From positions 1-24,931 of the forward strand of contig NW_021836246.1 of the NCBI RefSeq assembly GCF_006345805.1: a DNA stretch of 24,931 bases. The letters run 5' to 3'. The position numbers and the translations under genes were made by a program. The notes beneath the pieces were generated by a model. The model made no database searches and was not told the origin of the DNA. It saw only the letters and a program-made list of their open reading frames with translations. Shown here one piece after another: positions 9,888 through 22,404 of this stretch (its first letter is position 1; every line of letters begins with the position of its first letter). This DNA comes from Octopus sinensis (lineage: Eukaryota).

Positions 9888-10370
9888 CAGACACACACAC
9901 ATACACACACACACATATGCACACCAATTATTACATAACGGAACATACATGAACACAAATGCACATAGATATATGTATACAGGCATACATACATGCATGT
10001 ATATATATATAATACATATATATGTATATATACATATTATACATATATATATACATATGTACGAACATACACGTATATTTACATCTTTTATATACATACA
10101 TACCATACAAGTATACATACATTTACAAACACACAGATACATATATATATATGTGTGTGTGTGTGTGTATGTGTATGTATACATATACATATACATACAT
10201 ATCTACAAATATCTATATATGATATATATATGCATGCATGTATATACATACATATATATATAATATATATATATACATACATATATATATATAATATCAT
10301 ACATATATATATATATATATAATAATATATATATATATATAGGTGTGTATGTATGTATGTATCTATTTAT
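9770..10370. repeat. (CT)n, (CA)n and (TA/CATA)n microsatellites
   Basis: Direct reading. Confidence 0.9.
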
Positions 10371-10579
10371 TCCCACATTTATAATTATGCATGCAATAAT
10401 ACGAGAAAATTCATTGTACGTATATGCAGACACGAACAGACAGACAGACAGACAAATGTACCGAGAGAAAAAGCGCCACTTGCAAATGTATTATACAGGC
10501 CTGTGTGGAATTACGTGTAGTGTGTGCGTGTGTGTGTGTATGTATCCGTGTGTGTGTGTGTGCATTAATGCGAACACAT

Positions 10580-11355
10580 CCGTATGTATGAATGTATGTA
10601 TATAAGTATGTATGTATATATATGTATGAATATGTATGAATATATGTATATATGTAGGTATGTATATATGTATGTATAAATATATGTATATAAGTATCTA
10701 TGTATATATGTATGTATGAATGTATGTATGAATGTATATAAGTATGTGTATATGAATGCATGTATGTATGTATGTACGAAAGTGTGTATGTATGAATGTA
10801 TGTATGTATGAAGTATGTATGTAAGTATGTATGAATGTATGTAAGTATGTATATATGTATGTATGTATGAATGTATGTATGTATGGAAGTATATATGCAT
10901 GAATGTATGTATGTATACATGAATGTATGTATGAATGTATATATGTATGAATGTATGTATATATGAATATATGTATGAATGTATATATGTATGTATGAAT
11001 GCATGTATGTATGCATGTATATATATAAGTATGAATGTTAGTATGAATGTATGTATGAACGTATGCATTTATATATGTATGCATGCGTGTACGTGTATGT
11101 GTTTATATATGTTTGAATATGTGTATGAAGTATGTATATATTATGTACGTATGTGTGTATGAATTATGTATGTACGAATGTACGTATGCAAGTATGTATG
11201 TATTTATGTATGTATGTATGTATGTATGTATACAAGTATGTATGTATGTATGCAAGTATGTATGTATGTATGTATGTATGTATGTATGTATGCAAGTATG
11301 TATGTATGTATGTATGTATGTACGTATGTATGTACGTATGTATGTGTGTGTGTAT
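10580..11355. repeat. Degenerate (TATG)n array with TGAA and TGCAAG variants
   Basis: About 770 bp of tatg repeats with recurring variant units. Confidence 0.93.
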
Positions 11356-11609
11356 GTTTGTATATAAATGTATGGCATCCGCGTACGTATTTAGGTGTAT
11401 ATAAATGTACAGACTATATATAAACCTCCACATGGATGCAAACGGGGATAAACGAGAAGTCGCCTTCGTACGATTCTTAATCGCTGGGCGAATCTGTATG
11501 TTCATGCGTTCGTGTGTATGTGTACGTGCCTCTGTTGGATGAACGTTTCTGTTTGTCCTATGTTTGCGTTTGTGAATGTAACTCATACCCGCAGATACTC
11601 CTCAATATA

Positions 11610-12616
11610 AACCTTACACACAGGCACACATAAACACACACGCACTCGCACACACACATACACACACACACACACATACACACACACACCACAGACAAAT
11701 ACACTAACAACACATAAACTGAAAGACAAACATCAATATAACCTTGTTTCCCAACGTACAGGTCCGTCTGAGTATAAGGTTGTATGTCCGTGTGTGAATG
11801 TATATGAATGTGTGTGTCTGTGCTTGAATGTGTGTACGTGTGAAAGTGTTGATCTTTCAGTAAGATATACATGCATACACACATACATATATACGTACAT
11901 ACATACATACATACATACATACATACATACATACATACATACATACATACATACATGCGTACATGTATACATACATGCGTACATAGATAATTTAAATATA
12001 TACAAGCAATCATACATATATACATACATGCAAACAGACATATATACATACATGCATACATAAATACGCGCTTTCATACATACACACAAACATAGATACA
12101 TACATATACACATTGAAACATACATACATACATACATACATACAAACATATAAACATAGATATATACATATATATATTTGTAAATATACATATGTATAGA
12201 TATCAATACTCGTCAATGTGTATATATAAGAACAGCCAATTGCATATATATATATATAAATATATATATATGTATATATATATATTATTAGCTGGTATCT
12301 TTATACTGTGTACATTAAATGACGTTTATCTTTCGCTGGATGGAGTACTTTTTTTGTTGATGTTACCTTAACAGAAAAACAAACTTTACATACATATATA
12401 TATACATACATATATGTATGTGTGTATGTATGTATTCATATTTGTGTGTGTGTATGTATTTATATGAATATATATATATGTATGTGTATATATATATATA
12501 TATATGCAAATATATACACGTACTATATACATGCATGTGTACCTGTATATACGTGTAATCCCTCACACACATATATAGAGAGATGTGTCCATACGAATAT
12601 TTATATGGGCGTGTGA

Positions 12617-12661
<45 letters not shown>

Positions 12662-12750
12662 CACAGACACACGCATGCATATATATATATATATATATTC
12701 TCACACAAGAACACACACACACATACGCACACACACACACACACAAGCAC
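11610..12750. repeat. (CA)n, (CATA)n and (TA)n microsatellite cluster
   Basis: Includes a near-perfect (CATA)n at about 11897-11955. Confidence 0.9.
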
Positions 12751-13117
12751 TCTTGGCCAAGCTAAATGTCATTGATGTGGAACGAACTCAGATAGGTCAT
12801 TAGACCATTTTAAGCATCATTCATTCTATTTTATTGTTTGCAGCCACTCAAGCAAAGAATTCGGAAGACTCCCAAGTCCTGGTGACGCTGAGATAAACCT
12901 GTTATTATGTCTGTTCCTGCTTAAAATCATTGCAATCATCACCATTTCAAAATTCTGCGATCAATACATCTCTCCATTCTGGACACATCATCATTTCCGA
13001 CTTATTCTTTTTTCCATTATATGGTTTGGTATTTCTTGATTTAGATATTTCCCCTTGCAGGATTCAAATCGAATTTTCTTTTCAATCATTTCTGAACCGA
13101 TAAAAGATTAAGTATAA

Positions 13118-13435
13118 CACCAGTCGAGCACTGGTATCGGTGTAATTGATTAGCCCCCACCTTTGCAAATTTGCTAGGCTTGTGCTAAAATTAGAAAGAG
13201 TTTTCAAGAAGGTGGCGCGCTGGCTGAATCCTTAACACGTCGTCAAAATATGTTGCGTCGTTACTTTCCGGTTCTTTACGTCCCGAGAAAAAAAAGAAAC
13301 AAATAAAAAGAACGCCATGTTCATCATTGGATTTCATCTTTTTAGAGATCGATAAAATTAAGTACCAGTAAAATACTGGAGTCTATGGTATCGATTTCTT
13401 CGCTGCCCTCAGAATTTCTGGCTTTGTACCAAATT
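13118..13435 (+). mobile_element. Two degenerate SINE family A pieces (tail at about 13118-13200; near full-length copy at about 13208-13435)
   Basis: Head 'ggtggcgcgctggctgaatccttaacacg', core 'tttcatctttttagagatcgataaaattaagtaccagtaaaatactggag', tail 'gaatttctggctttgtacc'. Confidence 0.7.
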
Positions 13436-14714
13436 TCTATTTCTTGTTTATGTTTTCTATTGTGCGGTTTTCTTAAAAGCCGGATTAGCAATGAAAGAAC
13501 AATCTATATAATTAATATGCTAGAGCTTGCATAAGACTGAGCTGCTTTCATTTTCACTTTCCGTTATCAGTTTCAAATCTCAGCAGAGGTCATTTTTGTT
13601 TCGACAGTAATGTTTCTTTCATGTATTGTTTTATCTCAGATCAGTCGAGTAGGAGTAATCTAAGGAGTTACTAGATATGATAAAAATAGCACACAATTTA
13701 CTGAATTGCTTCCATTTTCCATTACAAGTTTCAAATCCCAGTGAAGGCCATATTGTTTTCCTTTATTATTTAAAACAAATTTATCCTAAATCATTCACAA
13801 TGAAGTAATGAATATAATCATCAGATTTACCAAAAATAGCAAAGAAATTAATCAACGGCACTCATTCTTTACACCATGCAGTCATAAAATTTGAACTGAA
13901 TATTTAAATTTTAAATATATTATTCTGGAAAAGCAGAGATGTACACTTTTGGAAAGTTTTGTTCAGTTATCAATTCCCAGAGATTAACACCATCTAATGT
14001 AATATCAATTAAATTATTTTGTAGTACATGGATAAAAAAAAGAAGAATTCTACTTACTAAATAAAGACGCCATTTACAAAATACACATACAGCAGATTGC
14101 AGCATTTATCACCAATAATCAATGATTAACATATTTTTTTTATTAAAGACAGCTCCAACATCATAATCCTATTTATCTACATGAAACCATAAATCTGCAC
14201 TGAAATGAAAGTATTACAGACAGACCAATGTAGCATAGAAATGAAAATGGAAAATCGAAAGATGTAAACTTTATAACTCAATCAGTTACATAGTCATACA
14301 TGTACGACCCTTTATCGACACTTGACTATGCATTTAACACGCGGAGTCATTACAAGACTACGCTACGTATACAGATCGCGAGATGAAACTAATGAGAAAA
14401 CGTTACAAATATGTACGATTTGCATATTCCCTTTCCCACTCTTTGTTTAGATTGTATTAAATTTACTAATTATTGTTCTAAAGCATATTCTTTGACGATA
14501 AACTACAAAAACCTTTATAGCGCTTGTCAACACACCTTTCTTTTCTCTGGTTGTAATTCCATCTTCGACTTAACGGACGTCCTTTTGTTGTCTTTTGTTG
14601 CTTTAATATTCCACAGCTGTCATTTCTATTTGCTTGATGTCTTGGCGAGCAAACGAAACATTCTCACAGATCCACTGAAAAGCGACACGTTGAAAATGCC
14701 AACTGCTAAATTAA

Positions 14715-14715
<1 letters not shown>

Positions 14716-14763
<48 letters not shown>

Positions 14764-14780
14764 ACACACACACACACATA
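14716..14780. repeat. (CA)n microsatellite
   Basis: Direct reading. Confidence 0.95.
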
Positions 14781-15796
14781 CGTATATATCATATGTTAGG
14801 GATTTTGAAGAGCCTCTTTGGGCTTCTGTTATTTTTAATTATTATATTTTGTTAGGTTGTTTTCGTTCATCATTGACAATCGAAATTGTATACTGACGTG
14901 CAAAATGTTGAAACCCGATAATTAACAGCTTTCTAGTTTCCTCAAGATTTTGTATTCAGCTGCTTTTCGTATGAACAAAGGCATTCATAACATATTCTTT
15001 CTTTTCACAAAAGCTCAGAAACCAATTTCATATTGGCTTTAGAGAAAGGAACATTTGTTTTAAAATTCCATTTCTAAATCAGTAGAATTGTTAAGATGGA
15101 GTCCGACTCACCAAATATTACTCGAATAATATATGTTTGTTCATGGTGGGGCTTTGGTCTATCACAGGAGCTGAACCCAGTATCTGAAGCTAGAAAGCTT
15201 CACGATACTACTACAGTGCCAAGATTGCTTAGAGCGGTGACTTGTGTCAAGGACCACTTCAGATCCTTAGGATGATACTCAGGTGGCTTTTGAGAACTGT
15301 CATCGTTTAAATCGACAGTGATATGTAATGAAGGATTATAATATCGACGACCGAGGAATGAAAGATCATATCGACCAGAAATGGGGGGATGTATCAGAGG
15401 CGAGAGATATTCTAAATGATGTTTTGCGTTCTTGTCCCATTTTTGTATTTTTTATATATAAAAATATAGCGACGTACGTACACTTTGGTTCCTTATATAT
15501 ATACGAAACGCGTACGTGGGTAATCAAATATCGATTGATTTTCGTTATTTTCCTCTCTGCCTTCGTGGACTGTTTTCGAGTAATTTGTTTTTTCCGGGAG
15601 TCTCTTTTAAAAGTAGAGGAAATAGCTAAGGTTCTTTGGCTGCTATTTCTAAACATCGGCATGTGGTAAAGCAAATCTTTGCTGAACCCTATTAAGTTTA
15701 CCGTGAAATGGCCCTTTTTCATGCCGAATTCTACTTGGTGAAATTAATGATTACTAGTTAATTAATTAATTTTACCCTTTGTTATTATTGATAATA

Positions 15797-15809
15797 TAAT
15801 ATATATATA

Positions 15810-15899
<90 letters not shown>
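15797..15899. repeat. (TA)n microsatellite, left flank of a SINE
   Basis: About 100 bp of TA repeat, resuming at 16193-16226 after the SINE. Confidence 0.95.
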
Positions 15900-15901
<2 letters not shown>

Positions 15902-16187
15902 AGGCGCAATGGCCCAGAGGTTACAGCAGCGGATTCGCGGTTTCGATTCCCAGACCGGGCGTTGTGTGTGTTTATTGAGCGAAAGCACCTAAAAGCTCCA
16001 CGAGGCTCCGGCAGGAGGTGGTGATCCCTGCTATACTCTTTCACCACTCTTTCTCTCACTCTTTCTTCTGTTGGCCTGCTCGCTAAGCCAGTGGGGTGGC
16101 GTCGTTCGAAGGCTAAAACAATGCAAACGCATTGTGACCAGCGATGTGTAGCAACATCTAATGGTCTGGTCGGTCACGGTGATCACG

Positions 16188-16192
<5 letters not shown>
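15900..16192 (+). mobile_element. tRNA-headed SINE: head B plus tail X, between (TA)n tracts
   Basis: A box TGGCCCAGAGG (15910-15920) and B-box-like GTTTCGATTCC. The body is shared with 24461-24728 and the tail 'ttggcctgctcgc...cattgtgaccagcgatgt' with 24025-24313. It ends in a short tandem repeat (cacggtgat)2. Confidence 0.9.
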
Positions 16193-16235
<43 letters not shown>

Positions 16236-17466
16236 AATTTTGTATGACTATTATTCTTTCTATTCTTTCATTTTTTCCTTCTTTCCATAAGACCCTTCAC
16301 ACTTACTTCGTTCATTCCATTCTTCGTTCTTTCGTCCTCCGTCTCTCACATTTCCTGGTCTTCTCTTCACGCTCGCATTCCCTACTCTTTCACTTCTATT
16401 TCTGTCCCTTTCATTTTTTCTTTTTTCTAGCCCCTCCTTAATTTTTCTATTCCTCTGCTTCTACCTCTCCCTTTTCTCTCCCCACATGACCGGTGTTCGA
16501 CCAAACCTGACCTTTCTTGCTTGGACTACTGTCTGTGCAACATCTATATTCCTCCCTGTGCCTGTCAAACCTTATGTCCCTGCCGTAAGACTTTACTTCC
16601 ACACACTCCAATTTAATTTAATTCGTCCTTAGTCGAAATACATCCGGTGTTAATGTCCTGTTATTTGCATTTGGGTACCATTCCTCCGTTTTTTTTTCGT
16701 CCTTGTTTTCGTTTACATTCGCTGCTTTCTTCCAAGGAATATAGTGCGCTTAGCTTAGTTTTTCCTTGGGGCTGACCAGACTGGAGCAATCTCGAGTATA
16801 ACCAGCCGAAATTGCAAAGATAATCTGGAACTCGACTGAAAAAACAAAACTCCGAATGCCCCGTCCTTGTTGTATTGTCTGTCAGGATGTTTTGTTGTCC
16901 TATTTTTGTATCACCTGTCTGTGTGTTTTGGGTTCTTGTCACATTTTTGTAATATATATATAATGGCCTTATCATGCGGACAGCACTATCGACCCGCTTC
17001 AAGGCCTTCTACTCTTGTGTAAGGTAATGCCCAAACTTATTTCAACAAATGTGCTATGCACTGATGCTGATCATAGTTTAATCAATATGTGTAGGAACGA
17101 TGTAAATGCAGTAAAATACAGGGGTCCCTTTTAAGCGACCCTTCAGAAATTGAACCTTATCACGATACTTCCTGGGAGTTCATGTTATGAAATTTTATTG
17201 TCATTGCTCTTATTTGGGCGCAAATACCATGTATTTAGTTTAAAATGCAGTAAAAATAGGAAGGACGGGGTCATTGGGGGGGGGGGATTAGGTGAACCTT
17301 AAACAAATAAACCCCCTTCGGACATTCTTTGGGATTAGGAGAGTCGCTGGTTTGCGTTTCGTTGTCCTTGCACCAACGGTCTAGGAGGAGTTAACGAACA
17401 TAAAAACGTAACGGAGAGGGAAGCATCACTCAAATTACATTTCCTGGGCCACCGAGGTCACCTTTA

Positions 17467-17640
17467 TCTATTATATAGAATCCGTTCTGTCCGTCTGTGT
17501 GTGTGTGTCTTCTAGGATCTCGGGCAAACTCGAACCGATTGCGCTCAAATTTGATATGTAGATACCGACGGTATCAGGGCGTGTATATGTCTTGAAAAAA
17601 TTACAAAAATCGATTCCAAGTGAGAAAAGCCGTTTTTGTC
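17467..17640 (+). mobile_element. Putative Helitron-like non-autonomous element 5' end
   Basis: A|TC start, 'TCTATTATATAGAA', then gtccgtctgtgtgt microsatellite, then 'aaccgattgcgctcaaatttg'. This architecture is typical of invertebrate Helitron/DINE-like 5' ends. The 3' end is not securely located. Confidence 0.4.
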
Positions 17641-18331
17641 CTGCTATTCTTCCGTCAACCTGTACATAACTGCACCTTCCATTTTTTGTTGTTTTTGTAC
17701 TGCTTAAAGGCACGTTTCCTTCCTGCCAAGCTTATTATTTAAACCATGTTTGTGTTCTCCCAGGCAACAGCCTTATCATTACTTTAAACTCTATGGTTGC
17801 ATATTTGTGTGAATAAAATCGTTTTTCTTTGAAATAGAAAAAAGTCTATCTTTGGTTCTCAAATTTAGGTTAAATCAGTGTTTCTCAAAGGGGAGGCCTA
17901 TGGGACGGTCGGACAAGTTGTTTTGAGAAAATTTGGTTTAAATGTTTGACAACTCAGCACTATCCATTGGACGGGGGGGGGGGCGTTTTGCTCGTACTTC
18001 ATAAAACAAATTACTAGTCAAGCACTAGGGGCGATGCAGTTGACTGACGTTTTCTCCTCGGTATTGGTGTCCTTTTGCTTAACGTGTGTGTAACGTGTAA
18101 CTATTGGGTTAGGAAAGCCTTTTGTTGAAATATAGAAAGTTACCGAGGTACTTGATCTTAGATGTCCCATAAGATTGATAGGCGTTCCTCCATTAGACCA
18201 AAACGAGACTTCGATTTCTCTCTCCACATATTAGAAATCTTAGCGAGAATTTTATGTTGCTGACGTCGTAAGAATTTGGAAATTTCGAGTGTGTGGAATG
18301 ATCATTTCTATATATGAAAACGTGTATATAA

Positions 18332-18785
18332 GACACACACACACACATACACGCACACACACACACGCACATACACACACACACACACACACAAAGACAC
18401 AGACGAACACACACAAACACACACACAAAGGCATAACCCTTTTCTCGCAAAATTATTGAAAAATCCTTGAGTTTAAACTTCTAATTGTTTTTATGGATAA
18501 CATAAAAGCAAATATCAATACATATCGAATAATATATATATATATAATATATATATATATATAATATATATATATATATATGTACATTATATACATATAT
18601 GTATGTATATATATGTGTAGATGTATATGTATGTGTTCGTATCTTCATACATGTGTGTATATTCGTGTGGGTGTTGATTTAGATTTACATACATACGTAC
18701 ATACATCATACATAGACATACACAGACAGACAGACACATACATACACAAACATACACACACACGAATGCATGCACACATATATAT
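18332..18785. repeat. (CA)n and (TA/CATA)n microsatellites
   Basis: Direct reading. Confidence 0.88.
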
Positions 18786-19307
18786 AAAACTGGAATATAC
18801 TGGAATAAAAAGTAAATAAAAAAAAGATATCGAATATAATGATTTTATGGTGGAGCATTGAAGAGCAACTTTGCAGCAGCCGCATCCATCGTATTTGAAT
18901 GGATCACAGAAATTTTCAGATATTTATTGATGTTGTCGATGTTTTTATTATTTCCCAATATGTTATCAGAGAAATTTATATGTTAATTTATTTAAATTTG
19001 GCTTCTTAAACATGCGAAAATTAAAATATCAATTAATTATTTGCCTTCGTTAAGATATCTCTAAGATATTCCTTGAACTTCTGTATTCATAATCCTTTAA
19101 TATCGATTCCTCTTTCTGTGGGTTGCGCTGATACTGTATGTTAATCAAACGCTACAGAACGTCAGTGATTGTTAAAGAGATGTTGCGGTGGGAGCGTTTT
19201 TCTCTCATGACTCAAGCACAGAAATGCTTAAATGCGCCGCGGTTAATAAATAGCCAACGAAATATGTGTTACATCATTATTTTAACCCTTTATATATTAT
19301 AGTGTTT

Positions 19308-19385
19308 GTTTGTTTCAGGCATTGGATTGTGGCCATGCTGCAGCAACGCCTTGAATGGGTTTTTAACGAAAGAAACCACCCCAGT
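19308..19385. mobile_element. Fragment of interspersed repeat family E
   Basis: 'gtttcaggcattggattgtggccatgctgcagcaacgccttg' is a decayed copy of 19572-19612. Confidence 0.6.
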
Positions 19386-19571
19386 TCATACACACACACA
19401 CACACAATATATATATATATATATAAATACACACACATATATACATGTATATATGTATATATATGTATGTATATATATATATATACACACACACACATAT
19501 ACATATATATATATATATATATATACATACACATATATCTATAAATATATGTATGTATCTTACCTTTTATT

Positions 19572-19770
19572 GTTTCAGACATTTGAATGCGGCCATGCTG
19601 GGGCACCGCCTTGCATTTTTCGTCGAATGAATTGACCTTGTACTTATTCCATCGGTCTCTTTTGACGAACCGCTAATTTACGGGGACACAAACACACCAA
19701 CACTCGCTGTCAAGCGGCGATGGTGGAAAAAAGACAGTCATAAAGACATACACACACATAGATATATATC
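19572..19770. mobile_element. Interspersed repeat family E (probably the 3' half of the family D SINE)
   Basis: 'gaatgcggccatgctggggcaccgccttg...gaaccgctaatttacggggacacaaacacacc' is shared with 22405-22550. Confidence 0.75.
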
Positions 19771-20472
19771 CATATGTATATATATATATATATATATATT
19801 TGCATTGAGAATCACTTTCCATCACCAACCGTTGGTTGTCACATGCTGTTGACGGGTCAGTAGCCAGAAACTCGGTCCGTATGTATCACGTCAGGGTGGA
19901 GATGGGAACGATGACTTCCCTTTGCAAATACTGATAGGGCACAGAAAGTGTGTCAATAGCCAACTAGCGGAGATGTCTTCCTGCAGCTATAAGCTACAGT
20001 AGCATCCATCCTTAAGGGTTATCCACATTTAAGTGGCAATTATACTTCACGATTTTGTACAGCTAATGTTTATACCTCGCTCAGAGATTTATTATTGTAT
20101 ATATATATATATGTGTGTGTGTATGTGTGTGTGTGTGTGTGCGCGCGCGTGCGTGCGTGTGCGTGTGTGTGTATGTATATATATATGTGTATATATATTT
20201 ATGTATGTATATATATATATATATACACAAATATAAAAGAGGGTCCACTATGTGGACGCTCTTGCGCTAAAAATAGATCCGCAATGGTCTCAACCACCAA
20301 GAATTGTTCCCAAGGAGAATTAGCACAACTATGAACATGTATTAATTTTTACTGCATCCCAGTTTTTATACGCTAAACCACTTGGTGTTAAATTGATGTT
20401 ATTAAATTAATATCTAATTTTTTCACCCTTATTTTTGAGAATATATATATATATATATACTCTTATATATAT

Positions 20473-20617
20473 GCGACGCGCTTTTTTCGATTTCAGTCTA
20501 CCAAATCCACTCACAAAACTTACGGTTGGTTCGAGGCAATAGTTGGAGACACTTGCTGAAGTGCCACATAGTGGAACTGAACCCAGAATCTTCTTTCACA
20601 CAGTCATGCCTGCGCCT
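20473..20617 (-). mobile_element. SINE family D (CORE-like), head plus core
   Basis: The reverse complement 'aggcgcaggcatgactgtgtg...ggttcagttccactatgtggcacttcagcaagtgtctcc...gtgagtggatttggtagac' has a B-box-like GGTTCAGTTCC and a CORE-like (ccttgggcaagt-type) segment. Paralogues lie at 22003 and 23904. Confidence 0.8.
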
Positions 20618-20637
20618 ATGTGTGTGTGTGTGTGTGT

Positions 20638-20674
<37 letters not shown>

Positions 20675-20694
20675 TGTGTGTGAGTGGTGTGTGG

Positions 20695-20725
<31 letters not shown>

Positions 20726-20800
20726 TGTGTGTGTGTGTGTGCGTGTGTTTGTATATACAGTGCCATGCTTTCACGGAAGCCTTCGGAGAAATTCTCGCTT

Positions 20801-21570
20801 ATTAGAAAGCAAAACTACCTACGTTACACGACGAAAACAGGGAAGTTTGTGGGTAGAAGTCTGATGCTTTGGGAATACACAAAAAGTGATGGTTCAAGAA
20901 AGTTGGTTAACATTGACGGTAACTAGAATAGTTCCAAATACATGCAGCTGGTGAAGGACAATTTGATACCAGACTTGGATGAAGGGGAGGCTTTTCAGCA
21001 TGGCGGAGCTTCATGCCACAGATCGCGTGCAATACAACAGAGTCTGGCTGATGAAGATGATACGTATTTCTTTATTACCCACAAGGGGCTAAACACAGAA
21101 GGGACAAACAAAGACAGACATAGGTATTAAGTCGATTACATCGACCCCAGTGCGTAACTGGTACTTAATTTATCGACCCCGAAAGGATGAAAGTCAAAGT
21201 TGACCTCGGCAGAATTTAAACTCACAACGTAACGGCAAACGAAATACCGCTAAGTATTTCGCCCGGCATGCTAACGATTCTGCCAGCTCGCCGCCATAGC
21301 CAGCTCGCCGCCATAACTAGCTCGCTGCCATTGAAGATGATACCGCATTGAAAAATTGGCCAGCTCAGAGCCCTGACTTAAATATCATCGAGCAAATGTG
21401 GACAGAAATTATGAGAAAAATTCGTCAGAAGAACCCACGCACTCTTGAAGAGCTCAGCCACAGAGAATGGCATCTCATACCTATGAAGATGATGCAGGAT
21501 TTGTACGCATCTTTTCCTCGGTGCATTGAAGCAATTATTCAAGATATGGGAAAGCCACACAAAATATTAA
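20801..21570 (+). pseudogene. Tc1-family DDE transposase C-terminal half, pseudogene
   Basis: One frame reads RYTTKTGKFVGRSLMLW...DGSRKLVNIDGN*NSSKYMQLVKDNLIPDLDEGEAFQHGGASCHRSRAIQQSLADEDDT, and after removing the SINE and one TSD continues in frame ALKNWPAQSPDLNIIEQMW...LYASFPRCIEAII. The terminal TKY* (21559-21570) lies after a 1-nt frameshift. There is a stop at 20924-20926, and the second catalytic Asp appears as Gly. Confidence 0.93.
21064..21331 (-). mobile_element. Full-length SINE family A copy (tail type 2) with 12-bp TSD
   Basis: Flanked by identical TGAAGATGATAC at 21052-21063 and 21332-21343. The sense head is 'ggcggcgagctggcagaatcgttagc' and the core is 'gaggtcaactttgactttcatcctttcggggtcgataaattaagtaccag'. 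Confidence 0.95.
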
Positions 21571-21888
21571 CAATGTACAGCAAATTCTTGAAATGAGCAT
21601 TATGTAATATATTTTCATTATATACATTTTTCTGTTTTAAAACACTGTATCTTCATTGGTTTATGTAAGACGGGTGACAAGTTTTGCCCAGCCATTTTTA
21701 ATGGTCGTCTTGCATCTTCCCTCACGTTCAGTGCCCCTACTACAAAATATGATTAGGAATAGAAATGACTCCAACAGGTCCGATGTTTCATCTGTAAAAA
21801 CGCAATGTAAAACATCTACTTATAGTTGGTGATTAGTAGAAATTCACAATAGTTTAAAGTGGCTGATGACTTTTCACGGTGTGGTATG

Positions 21889-21914
21889 ATATATATATAT
21901 ATTATATATATATC

Positions 21915-21980
<66 letters not shown>

Positions 21981-21998
21981 ATATTTATATATTTATAA
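21889..21998. repeat. (TA)n microsatellite
   Basis: Direct reading. Confidence 0.93.
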
Positions 21999-22002
21999 AC
22001 AT

Positions 22003-22140
22003 CACAGGTTTTTTATCTGTCTACGAAATTCACCCACGAGCATCGTCCGCAAACTATTAGTAGAAGGCACTTGCACAATTTGCCATTCTATGGGCTTGAA
22101 CTCGAAGCCAAGTGGTTACAAATAGAGCTTCTCAACTGTA
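22003..22140 (-). mobile_element. Highly degenerate SINE family D copy
   Basis: 'gtctacgaaattcacccacgag...tagtagaaggcacttgcacaa...gggcttgaactcgaa' aligns loosely to 20473-20617. Confidence 0.6.
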
Positions 22141-22404
22141 GATCTTACCCCTACATATAAATATTGCTTATAGTAGGCGGCCCTGTCAGCTTATTCTTAA
22201 ATTTTAAAACAAAAATCTGTCCTGAATCCCGTTGGCTGATTTTGTCATTCAGCGTATGTTTCAGGTTTTTGTTTTGTTTCCCTATGGGTTTTCACAACGG
22301 TAGGCCAACTGATATACCTAATGGTGGCGCATTGCATCCTCAATCTATTGGGTTCGATCCCACTGAGTAGCACTTTACCAAAATGTAATATTTTATAACT
22401 TTTT

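Larger units (their letters stand above)
20758..21705 (+). mobile_element. Tc1/mariner DNA transposon relic, internally deleted and interrupted by a SINE
   Basis: Transposase homology inside. TA|CAGTG at 20756-20762 may be the left end and 'gggtgacaagttttgcccagcca' (about 21672-21694) may be a decayed right TIR. The ends are uncertain. Confidence 0.8.

Noticed and set aside
7862-12803. Many 'MYVCMY' and 'HTYIHT' ORFs resembling repeat proteins
   Set aside because: Artefacts of di- and tetranucleotide repeats. The apparent start codons come from TATG units.
15328-15722. Overlapping 113-aa and 118-aa ORFs on opposite strands
   Set aside because: No recognisable domain. The start of the plus ORF resembles a decayed family A SINE core, and the rest is AT-rich sequence open by chance.
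16480-17040. Complex block that may be a retroelement or LTR fragment
   Set aside because: No second copy, terminal signature or coding motif within the window, so it cannot be classified without a repeat-library search.
21048-21062. Second CTGATGA hammerhead core (also near 21864)
   Set aside because: No stem II followed by GAAA and no stem I. The 21048 match lies within transposase codons.
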